A DNA stretch of 48,564 nt, from NCBI GenBank assembly GCA_035541175.1, contig DATKNT010000149.1, forward strand, positions 1-48,564. The letters are read 5' to 3'. This document shows, piece after piece, positions 24,580-32,510 of the stretch; position 1 is the stretch's first letter, and every line of letters begins with the position of its first letter. The notes below the pieces were generated by a model. That model worked only from the letters and a program-made list of their open reading frames with translations, was not told the origin of the DNA and searched no databases. This DNA comes from Gaiellaceae bacterium. GTDB taxonomy: Bacteria > Actinomycetota > Thermoleophilia > Gaiellales > Gaiellaceae. A program made the translations under genes and the position numbers.

Positions 24580-25655
24580 ACACGTCCGATTTCAGTCCCG
24601 GTCTCGCAGGGGTCGTCGCCTTCGAGACCGAGATCGCGGAGCCCGACCGCGAGGGCGGCTCGCTCCGCTACCGCGGCGTCGACATCGAGGAGCTCGTCGG
24701 CACGGTCCCGTTCGAGCAGGTCTGGGGGCTGCTCGTCGACGAGTCGCTCGAGCCGGGGCTGCCGGCGGCATACCAGGAGCTCGAGGTGCGCACCGGCGGC
24801 CACATGTCGGACCTCCAGTCGATGCTCGCCATCCTCAGCGGGCGCTGGCGGCTCGGCCAGCTCATCGACATCGACGTGGACACGGCGCGGGAGGACCTGC
24901 GCCGGCTCTCCGCCGCCGCCCTCTCGATCGTCGCGCAGTCCGCCCGCGGCGCCGACCAGCCGCCGGTGCCGGAGGCGACGGTGCTCGAGGGCGAGACCGC
25001 GGCCGAGCGGTTCCTGCTCGCCTGGCGCGGCGAGGTGAACGAGGCGCACGCGAAGGCGATCGACACGTACTGGATCTGCACCGCGGAGCACGGGCTGAAC
25101 GCGTCGACGTTCACCGCGCGGATCATCGCCTCCACCGGCGCCGACTGCGGCGCCGCGCTCTCGGGCGCCGTCGGCGCGCTCTCCGGGCCGCTGCACGGCG
25201 GCGCGCCGGCGCGCGTGCTGCCGATGCTCGACGCGGTCGCGGAGATGGGCGACGCGGAGAAGTGGGTCGAGCAGGCGCTCGCGCGCAAGGAGCGGATCAT
25301 GGGCTTCGGCCACCGCGTCTACCGCGCGGAGGATCCGCGCTCGCGGCTGCTGAAGCGGACGGCGAAGGAGCTCGGCTCGCCGCGCGTCGAGGTCGCCGAG
25401 GCGCTCGAGCAGGCGGCGCACGAGGCGATCGCGCGGAAGAACCCGGATCACTCCTACACGAACGTCGAGTACTGGTCGGCGATCGTGCTCGACGTCGCCG
25501 AGGTGCCGCCGAATCTCGCGCCGGCGATGTTCGCGTGCTCGCGCACCGCCGGCTGGTCGGCGCACGTCCTCGAGCAGAAGCGGCTCGGCGTGCTCGTCCG
25601 CCCGAGCGCCCGCTACGTCGGGCCGGGGGCGCGCGCGTTGCAGTCGATCGGCTAG
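24576..25655 (+). CDS. Citrate synthase family protein (type II, CitA-like)
   Basis: The ATG overlaps the upstream stop (ATGA). PGLAGVVAFETEI, SLRYRGVDIEEL, LSGPLHGGA and MGFGHRVYRAEDPR are present. Confidence 0.9.
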   Translation: MNTSDFSPGLAGVVAFETEIAEPDREGGSLRYRGVDIEELVGTVPFEQVWGLLVDESLEPGLPAAYQELEVRTGGHMSDLQSMLAILSGRWRLGQLIDIDVDTAREDLRRLSAAALSIVAQSARGADQPPVPEATVLEGETAAERFLLAWRGEVNEAHAKAIDTYWICTAEHGLNASTFTARIIASTGADCGAALSGAVGALSGPLHGGAPARVLPMLDAVAEMGDAEKWVEQALARKERIMGFGHRVYRAEDPRSRLLKRTAKELGSPRVEVAEALEQAAHEAIARKNPDHSYTNVEYWSAIVLDVAEVPPNLAPAMFACSRTAGWSAHVLEQKRLGVLVRPSARYVGPGARALQSIG

Positions 25656-25719
25656 TCGCCGATCGACCGGGTTGGTCTCCGGCCCTGGTCGCAGTCTCGT
25701 TCCGGCGCGGTGCGGTCGG

Positions 25720-27444
25720 GTGGCACAATTCGTCGCGGTGGACGCCGGTCTCACGGGAGTGCTCGACGTCGCGCGGAGCGTGCTCGAGGAGCTCGACCTC
25801 GAGGTCGTGCTCGACCGCGTGCTCGACGCGGCGAAGGAGCTCACCGGCGCGCAGTACGCCGCCCTCGGCGTGCTCAACGAGCAGCGGACCGAGCTGGCGC
25901 GGTTCAAGACGATCGGGATCGACGACGCGGCGCGCGAGGAGATCGGCGAGCTGCCGCGCGGGCGCGGCGTGCTCGGCGAGCTGATCAACAGTCCCGAGCC
26001 GCTCCGGATCGCGAACGTCGGCAGGCACGCGCGGTCGTGGGGCTTCCCGGCCGGGCACCCGCCGATGGAGACGTTCCTCGGCGTCCCGATCCTCGTCCGC
26101 GGGAAGCCGTACGGCAACCTCTATCTCACGGACAAGGCGGGCGGCGTCGAGTTCACCGAGGCGGACGAGGACGCCGTCGTCCTCCTCGCCGAGTTCGCCG
26201 GCGTCGCGATCGACCACGCCGGGCGCTTCACCGGCGCGCGCGAGCGCACCGACGAGCTCGAGCGGACGGTGGCGACGCTCGAGGCGACCACCCTGATCAC
26301 GCAGGCCGTCGCCGGGGAGACGGAGCTCGAGACGATCCTCGAGCTCGTCGCGAAGCGCGGCCGCGCGCTCGTCTCGGCGCGGGCGCTGATCATCGAGCTC
26401 GAGCAGGGCGACGAGCTCGTCGTCGCGACGGGGGCGGGAGAGATCCCGGACGGCCTGATCGGCGGCCGGATGCCGCTCGGCGAGACGGTGGCGAGCGCCG
26501 CGCTGCGCACCCGCCGGACGCAGCATCTCGACGACGAGCTGAACCGCTCCCGGTTCGAGCAGCACGGCGCGGGTCGTTTCGTCACGGCGGAGGCCGGGCT
26601 CGTCGTGCCGCTCGTCTTCCGCAACCGGACGTACGGCGTGCTGATCGCCCTCGACCGGCTCGAGGACGGCCCGCGCTTCACGGCCGAGGACGAGCGGCTG
26701 CTCGAGGCGTTCGCGGCGAGCGCTGCGACCGCCGTCGCCACCGCGACCACGGTCGCGGCGGAGCACCACCGCCAGCGGCTCGCCGCCGCCGAGGACGAGC
26801 GGCGGCGCTGGGCGCGCGAGCTCCACGACGAGACGCTGCAGAACCTCGCGGCGCTGCGCATCCTGCTCTCGTCGGCTCGCCGCTCGGGCCCGTCGGAGGC
26901 GCTCGACCGCGCGCTCGACGACGCCGTCGACCGGCTCGAAGACGAGATCGCCACGCTCCGCGGGCTCATCACCGACCTCCGCCCGGCGGCGCTCGACGAG
27001 TTCGGCACGCTCGGCGCGGTCGAGGCGCTCGTCGAGCGGGTGCGGCGGACCGGCCTCGACGTCGACCTCCATGCCGACCTCGCGTACGAGCAGGGCCGCG
27101 CGCCGACGCGGCTCACCGCCGAGCTCGAGGCCGCGGTCTACCGGATCGTCCAGGAGGCGCTGACGAACGCGACGAAGCACGGAGGCGCGAAGCGCGCGGT
27201 GGTCGAGATCGTCGAGGACGACCGGTTCGTCCGCGTCGGCGTGCGCGACGACGGCAGCGGCTTCGACCCCGGCTCGCGGACGGACGGCTTCGGCCTGCTC
27301 GGCATGCGCGAGCGCGTCGAGCTGCTGGACGGCAGCCTCGACGTCGAGTCCGCGCCGGGCGAGGGGACGACCGTCACGGCGATCCTCCCGGTCGAGCGCC
27401 GCGGCGACGCAGCAGTCCATGGCATCCGCTCGGTCTCTGCATGA
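25720..27444 (+). CDS. DevS/DosT-like sensor histidine kinase (GAF-GAF-HisKA_3-HATPase_c)
   Basis: The first GAF carries GFPAGHPPMETFLGVPILVRGKPYGNLYLTDK, very close to the heme pocket of mycobacterial DevS/DosT. H-box ELHDETLQNL, N-box QEALTNATKHG, G-boxes DDGSGF and GFGLLGMRER. The start is uncertain: candidates are TTG 25672, GTG 25720 and GTG 25738. Confidence 0.85.
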   Translation: MAQFVAVDAGLTGVLDVARSVLEELDLEVVLDRVLDAAKELTGAQYAALGVLNEQRTELARFKTIGIDDAAREEIGELPRGRGVLGELINSPEPLRIANVGRHARSWGFPAGHPPMETFLGVPILVRGKPYGNLYLTDKAGGVEFTEADEDAVVLLAEFAGVAIDHAGRFTGARERTDELERTVATLEATTLITQAVAGETELETILELVAKRGRALVSARALIIELEQGDELVVATGAGEIPDGLIGGRMPLGETVASAALRTRRTQHLDDELNRSRFEQHGAGRFVTAEAGLVVPLVFRNRTYGVLIALDRLEDGPRFTAEDERLLEAFAASAATAVATATTVAAEHHRQRLAAAEDERRRWARELHDETLQNLAALRILLSSARRSGPSEALDRALDDAVDRLEDEIATLRGLITDLRPAALDEFGTLGAVEALVERVRRTGLDVDLHADLAYEQGRAPTRLTAELEAAVYRIVQEALTNATKHGGAKRAVVEIVEDDRFVRVGVRDDGSGFDPGSRTDGFGLLGMRERVELLDGSLDVESAPGEGTTVTAILPVERRGDAAVHGIRSVSA

Positions 27445-28610
27445 GCGATCTCCTGGACTACCGCGAGCGCTTCCCGATCCTCGCGGACTGCACGTACCTC
27501 ATCAACCACTCGCTCGCGGCGATGCCGGCGGCGGCCGAGGAGCGGCTGCTCGAGTACGCGCGCATGTGGCGCACGCGGGGGATCCGTTCGTGGGGAGAGG
27601 GCTGGTGGGACATGTCCGTGACGGTCGGCGACCAGCTCGGCCGGATCATGGGAGCGCCGCCCGGCTCGATCGTCATGCACCAGAACGTGACCGTCGCCGA
27701 GATGGTGATCCGCTCCTGCTTCGCGGCGCCCGGCGCGCGCAACCGCGTCGTCTACGAGGAGGCGAACTTCCCGTCGGTGCGCTACCTGTACCAGGCGCAG
27801 CCGGATCTCGAGGTCGTCGCCGTCGAGGACGACCGCGCCATCGTCGAGGCGATCGACGAGCGGACGCTGCTCGTCCCGATCAGCCATGTCCTGTTCAAGA
27901 ACGCGGAGATCCAGGAGGTCGAGCCGATCGTGCGCCGCGCGCACGAGGTGGGCGCGCTCGTCGTGCTCGACTGCTACCAGTCGGCCGGCATCGTCCCGTT
28001 CGACCTGACGGCGCTCGATGTCGACTTCGCCGTCGGCGGTTCGGTGAAGTGGCTCTGCGGCGGGCCCGGCGCCGGCTGGCTGTACGTGCGGCCTGATCTC
28101 GCGGAGCGGCTCGAGCCGACGTTCGTCGGCTGGCAGGGACACGCGCGGCCGTTCGCGTTCGAGCCGGAGCTCGAGTACGCCCCGGGAGCGCGCCGCTTCC
28201 TCACCGGCACGCCGAACGTGCCCGCGCTCTACGCGGCGACCGCGGGCTACGACGTGATCGAGGAGGTCGGCGTCGAGCGGATCCGGGAGCGGTCGCTCGT
28301 GCTGACGCAGCTGCTGATCGACCTGCTCGACGAGCGCGGCATCGGCGTCGCGAGCCCGCGCACGCCGGAGCGCCGCGGCGGCACCGTCGTCGTCGACACG
28401 CCCGACCACGCCGCCGTCCACCGGGAGCTCGGCGAGCGCGGGATCATCTGCGACTTCCGCCCGAACGTGCCGGGAGTGCCCGGCGGCGTGCGCATCGGCC
28501 CGCACTTCTTCAACACGGAGGACGAGCTCCGGCACACCGCCGACGAGCTCGCCGACATCGTCGAGAGCGGCGCCCACCTGCGCCACGCCGGCGCCGTCGG
28601 CCGGTACTGA
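27441..28610 (+). CDS. Class-V aminotransferase-fold PLP enzyme, kynureninase-like
   Basis: The ATG overlaps the kinase stop (ATGA). FPILADCTYLINHSLAAMP and DFAVGGSVKWLCGGPGAGWLYV (PLP lysine in SVKW) resemble the kynureninase family. Confidence 0.75.
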   Translation: MSDLLDYRERFPILADCTYLINHSLAAMPAAAEERLLEYARMWRTRGIRSWGEGWWDMSVTVGDQLGRIMGAPPGSIVMHQNVTVAEMVIRSCFAAPGARNRVVYEEANFPSVRYLYQAQPDLEVVAVEDDRAIVEAIDERTLLVPISHVLFKNAEIQEVEPIVRRAHEVGALVVLDCYQSAGIVPFDLTALDVDFAVGGSVKWLCGGPGAGWLYVRPDLAERLEPTFVGWQGHARPFAFEPELEYAPGARRFLTGTPNVPALYAATAGYDVIEEVGVERIRERSLVLTQLLIDLLDERGIGVASPRTPERRGGTVVVDTPDHAAVHRELGERGIICDFRPNVPGVPGGVRIGPHFFNTEDELRHTADELADIVESGAHLRHAGAVGRY

Positions 28611-28669
28611 GGGCCATTTCCCTCGCGCGAGGGTGCAGGAAACGGCCGTTTGCGGCGACTTCCCTTTCA

Positions 28670-29650
28670 GTGCGCCGGCTCGCCGTCACCGCCGCGGCCC
28701 TCCTCCTCGCCGTGCTCGTCGCGGCCGGCGGAGCGTCGGCCGCCCAGCTGATCGACCGCAACGCCACCGGCGTCGCCATCTCGCTGAACCTGAAGGGGGA
28801 GGCGCTGCTCACGTACCGCACGGGCGGCGCCGTCAAGCACGTCCTCGTCTGGGGCGCCGTCAACGCGCTCCCGCCGACGCAGGGTGCGCACCAGGTGAAG
28901 TTCCACCTGGACTACGCCGGCGGCTGGGGCAAGTACCACACGCTCTACTGGAAGACGTTCCACGGGAGCTGCGGGACGTACGACGGACCGGAGCTGCCGA
29001 ACGTCGTCGCCGCCTGCAAGGCGCCGGACGGCTCCTACTGGGCGGCGCAGAGCTGGCCGCAGCCGCTGCCCGACCTCGGCTACACGCCGTGGAACGATGC
29101 GGGGCGGGCGATGTGGCTCGAGGTCTCCCACTGGACCGGGCCGGTCGCGCAGCTCGAGACCGGCATGGACTGGGTCTACAACGGCCGCTTCCAGGACCTG
29201 TTCGGCCGGTACACGTACCAGGGCCAGCCCGTCTACGGGTTCGGGACGACGCGCTACGGCGCGCCGACGGACGGCTTCGGGACGCTCATCTACCTCGACA
29301 CCTACGACTCGGTCTACGGCTCCGGCTGGCGGCGGGAGAACTCGTTCGTCACGCACAACCCGACGGGCGCGTTCTGCTACGGCTTCTATCCGTTCGACCC
29401 GACGAAGGGCGGGTACCAGCACCCGCCGGGACAGACGGCGACGCGCGGGCCCGGCGTCGGCTCGAAGTACCGGCTCTTCGCGGAGGGGCCGGGCGTCACC
29501 CCCGACGTGGCCGCGGTCGTTCCCGCGCTCCACCCGTTCGATCCGCGCAACCCGGCGGACGTCGCGCAGGAGCAGCAGGGGGCGGCCCAGCTCGCCTCCT
29601 ACCGCGACAGGAGCTGCACCGCCGGACAGGCCCAGGTCTCGGGCGGCTAG
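28670..29650 (+). CDS. Secreted hypothetical protein (Trp/Tyr/Gly-rich)
   Basis: GTG start. Signal peptide MRRLAVTAAALLLAVLVAAGGASA|AQ. 326 aa with no family recognised. Confidence 0.6.
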   Translation: MRRLAVTAAALLLAVLVAAGGASAAQLIDRNATGVAISLNLKGEALLTYRTGGAVKHVLVWGAVNALPPTQGAHQVKFHLDYAGGWGKYHTLYWKTFHGSCGTYDGPELPNVVAACKAPDGSYWAAQSWPQPLPDLGYTPWNDAGRAMWLEVSHWTGPVAQLETGMDWVYNGRFQDLFGRYTYQGQPVYGFGTTRYGAPTDGFGTLIYLDTYDSVYGSGWRRENSFVTHNPTGAFCYGFYPFDPTKGGYQHPPGQTATRGPGVGSKYRLFAEGPGVTPDVAAVVPALHPFDPRNPADVAQEQQGAAQLASYRDRSCTAGQAQVSGG

Positions 29651-30294
29651 CGCAGCAGCTCGAGCAGCCGCCGCGCGTACGCCGGCGCGGTCGGCTCGTC
29701 CTCGTGCCGGAAGTAGACGTACGCCGGCTCGGCGAGCGGGCGGATGCGTGCGGCGAGGCCGGCGAGCGCCGCCCCGTCGTAGGGCGGCTCGCGCAGCCTG
29801 AGGTAGCGGAACGGCGCGGGGTGGTCGAGGTCGTTGACGCGGACCGCGCCGGCGGCCGCGAGCCGCTCCTCGATCCCGTCCCACGACGGGTGCTCGAGGT
29901 CGAAGGCGACGCGCAGGGACGGATCGAGCGAGCCGAGCATCAGCTCGAGCACGCCGTCGTCGCGCGCGCTCTTCAGCGAGACGCGCACCGGCCCGAGCCG
30001 GTCCCCGAGGAGCCGGACGCGCGACGCGAACTCGTCGAGGCCGCGTATTCGCTGCCCCGGCAGCTTCGGCGCGAACTCGAAGCCGTCCGGCGCCTGCGCC
30101 GCCCAGCGGCGGAACTGGTCCTCGGCCGGGAGCCGGTACCCCGTCGTGTTCAGCTCGACGGTCGAGAACCGCCCGGCGTAGAAGGCGAGGAACTCCGACG
30201 GGTCGAGCCCGGCCGGGTAGAAGCCGGGTCGCCAGGTCGGGTACGACCACCCCGAGGTGCCGACCGAGACGCGGTTTACTCTGGCTGGTCCCAT
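29647..30294 (-). CDS. DUF72 family protein
   Basis: VSVGTSGWSYPTWRPGFYP and FSTVELNTTGYRLP match the DUF72 N-terminus. Start chosen at ATG 30294 (MGPARVNRVSVGTSGW). The longer track ORF would run antisense into thyX. Confidence 0.8.
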   Translation of the reverse strand: MGPARVNRVSVGTSGWSYPTWRPGFYPAGLDPSEFLAFYAGRFSTVELNTTGYRLPAEDQFRRWAAQAPDGFEFAPKLPGQRIRGLDEFASRVRLLGDRLGPVRVSLKSARDDGVLELMLGSLDPSLRVAFDLEHPSWDGIEERLAAAGAVRVNDLDHPAPFRYLRLREPPYDGAALAGLAARIRPLAEPAYVYFRHEDEPTAPAYARRLLELLR

Positions 30295-31897
30295 GGCGAC
30301 CATGGAGAGCGTGACAGTTCCGGTCGAGCGGTTCACGGACGAGGAGCGGGAGCGGCTCGCGCCGCACTTCACGAACCTCGACCGCCCCGTCTTCGGGCTC
30401 GTCAACCTCCCGGAGACGGTGAAGGGCGCGCTGTTCGCCCGCTACTCGCGCTACGCCGGGACGCTGCGCCGATTGTTCCTCGAGGAGTTCGCCGACTCGG
30501 TGCCGGAGGTGCCGCCGATCGAGGGCCGGGAAGGCGAGCGCGCCGCGAAGCTGTACGAGCGGATCTTCATCGGCTACGGCGACGACTCGGTCGCACAGCT
30601 CGGCGGCGCGCACCTCGCGTGCGAGTGGACGTCGAACCTCCTGACGAAGATCCTGCAGCGGCCGCGGCTCGCCGCGTACCTCGAGCAGTCGACGCGCTAC
30701 ATCGCGTACGACGACGTGCTCGACGGCTACGGGTACCGCTACCACCGCGATCCGCGGTTCGGTCCCGCGTACGAGCGCGCGATGGACGACCTGTTCGAGA
30801 CGTACGCGCGGCTGCTCGAGGGCGTGACCGCGTGGGCGACGGAGCGGTATCCGGCCGGGGCGGACGAGTCGCCGGCCGCGCACGGCCGTGCCGTCCGCGC
30901 GAAGGCGCTCGACCTCGTGCGCGGACTGCTGCCCGCGTCGTCGCTCTCCCACGTCGGCATCTACGCGAGCGGCCAGACGTACGAGCAGCTCGTGCTCCAC
31001 CTGCTCGCGCACCCGCTCGCGGAGGCGCGCGCGTACGGCGCGATGATGCTCGAGGAGCTCGAGAAGGTCATCCCGAGCTTCGTCGCGCGGGTGCCGCTCG
31101 AGGACCGCGGCGGCCGCTGGATCGAGTACCTCCGCGCCCGCGGCGAGGCGGGGGCGGCGGCGGCGGCGCGGCTCGGGCTCGACGACGGACGCGAGGGGGA
31201 GGCGGTGCCGTCGGTGCGGCTCCTCCGCGCCCACGGCACCGAGCAGGAGCTCGTCGCGGCGCTGCTCTACGAGGCCGCGGCCGTGCCGGAGGACGAGGCG
31301 CTGCGGGCAGTCGAGGCGCTCCCGGAGGCGGGGCGCGCGGCGCTGCTCCGCGAGCTCGTCGGCGCGCGCGAGAACCGGCGCCACCGTCCGGGCCGCGGCT
31401 TCGAGACCCTGCGCTACCGGTTCGAGATCGTCTCCGACTACGGCGCCTTCCGCGACCTGCAGAGACATCGGCTGCTGACCTGCCAGTGGCAGCGCCTGTC
31501 GCCGGACCTCGGCGCGGACGTCCCACACGAGGTCGCGGCGGCGGGATTCGGCGGCGAGTACGAGCGCGCGCTCGAGGTCTCCCGCGCCGAGCACGAGCGG
31601 TTGCGCGCAGAGGGCCTCGTCGAGGAGGCGCCGTACGCGCTCTGCCTCGCCTACCGGATCCGCTACGTGCTCGAGCTCGACGCCCGCGAGGCGCTGCACC
31701 TGATCGAGCTCCGCTCCGGCCGCGAGGGCCATCCGTCGTACCGTGCCGTCGCGCACGAGCTGCGGCGGCAGATCGCCGCGGTGCACCCCAACGTCGCCGC
31801 GGCGATGAGCTTCGTCGACGACTCGACCGAGGAGCGCCTGGAGCGGCTCCTGAGCGAGATGCGGAACGAGGAGCGGGGCCCTAGGCGTTCGCCGTAG
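30293..31897 (+). CDS. thyX: Double-length (tandem-domain) FAD-dependent thymidylate synthase ThyX-like protein
   Basis: Two ThyX-like halves. The first carries QRPRLAAYLEQSTRY and the second LQRHRLLTCQWQRLS; compare the ThyX signature RHRxxSxxxxSxRY. An alternative ATG lies at 30302. Confidence 0.75.
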   Translation: MATMESVTVPVERFTDEERERLAPHFTNLDRPVFGLVNLPETVKGALFARYSRYAGTLRRLFLEEFADSVPEVPPIEGREGERAAKLYERIFIGYGDDSVAQLGGAHLACEWTSNLLTKILQRPRLAAYLEQSTRYIAYDDVLDGYGYRYHRDPRFGPAYERAMDDLFETYARLLEGVTAWATERYPAGADESPAAHGRAVRAKALDLVRGLLPASSLSHVGIYASGQTYEQLVLHLLAHPLAEARAYGAMMLEELEKVIPSFVARVPLEDRGGRWIEYLRARGEAGAAAAARLGLDDGREGEAVPSVRLLRAHGTEQELVAALLYEAAAVPEDEALRAVEALPEAGRAALLRELVGARENRRHRPGRGFETLRYRFEIVSDYGAFRDLQRHRLLTCQWQRLSPDLGADVPHEVAAAGFGGEYERALEVSRAEHERLRAEGLVEEAPYALCLAYRIRYVLELDAREALHLIELRSGREGHPSYRAVAHELRRQIAAVHPNVAAAMSFVDDSTEERLERLLSEMRNEERGPRRSP

Positions 31898-32510
31898 GCA
31901 CGAGCACCGCGGGGCCCGGCTCGTGCGTGCCGTGCCGCCACTCGTACACCTTCCAGGTGTCGCCCTGCCGGAGCTCGTAGGGCGCGTTCAGGCGGACGAC
32001 CGTGCCGTGCTGCGTGCCCGCGGCGGCGAAGGTGCCGCACGGCGCCCACGGCTTCCCGCCGCGAACGAGGTAGACGACGTAGTAGCCGTGCGCGGGCAGC
32101 TTCGGCAGCCCCGTGACGGACAGCGTCATCGGCCAGTTGCCCGCCGCGTCCTCGTGGTCGATCCGGAGCGAGGCGAGCGCGCCGGGCGCGACCTTCGTCC
32201 CGATCAGCTTCAGCTCCTTCGCCGGCGCCACGCCGCCCGCCCCCTTGTTGCCGACGACATAGCCGCCGAGGAAGACGACGGCGACCGCGACCGCCGCGGC
32301 GAGCAGCAGGCCGGCGCGGTGGCGGACGCGACGCTCGCGCTTCCGGCCCGCGAGCGTCATCGCCAGCGTCGGGCCGGCCTCGAGCTCCGGTGCGAGCTCC
32401 GGCGGCGGCCCCGCCTGGACGAGCAGGTCGTGGACTCCGCGCAGCCGCTCCCGCTCCGCGGCCGGGAGCTCGCGGCCGACGAGCTCGTCGAAGCTCGGCA
32501 CGCGGGTCAC
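31881..32510 (-). CDS. Putative anti-sigma factor (single TM helix, extracytoplasmic C-terminal domain)
   Basis: The GTG overlaps the sigma-factor stop (GTGA). A short cytoplasmic N-terminal region is followed by one TM helix (AGLLLAAAVAVAVVFLGGYVVG) and an outside domain of about 110 aa. It has no zf-HC2 motif. Confidence 0.6.
   Translation of the reverse strand: MTRVPSFDELVGRELPAAERERLRGVHDLLVQAGPPPELAPELEAGPTLAMTLAGRKRERRVRHRAGLLLAAAVAVAVVFLGGYVVGNKGAGGVAPAKELKLIGTKVAPGALASLRIDHEDAAGNWPMTLSVTGLPKLPAHGYYVVYLVRGGKPWAPCGTFAAAGTQHGTVVRLNAPYELRQGDTWKVYEWRHGTHEPGPAVLVPTANA

Noticed and set aside
22236-26117. 1293-aa minus-strand ORF, the longest in the window
   Set aside because: It has low-complexity R/A/P/S-rich composition. 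It is antisense to CopCD, the OCD-like gene and citrate synthase, all of which carry diagnostic motifs on the plus strand. This is a high-GC artefact.
28633-31884. 1083-aa (+) and 1039-aa (-, 28667-31786) ORFs overlapping the secreted protein, DUF72 and thyX
   Set aside because: Both are Arg/Pro/Gly/Ala-rich with no recognisable domains. The alternative frames give DUF72 (GTSGWSY) and ThyX signatures. The same reasoning applies to 15860-17752 (-), 17746-19389 (-), 18626-20281 (-), 25297-27420 (-) and 38677-39591 (+).
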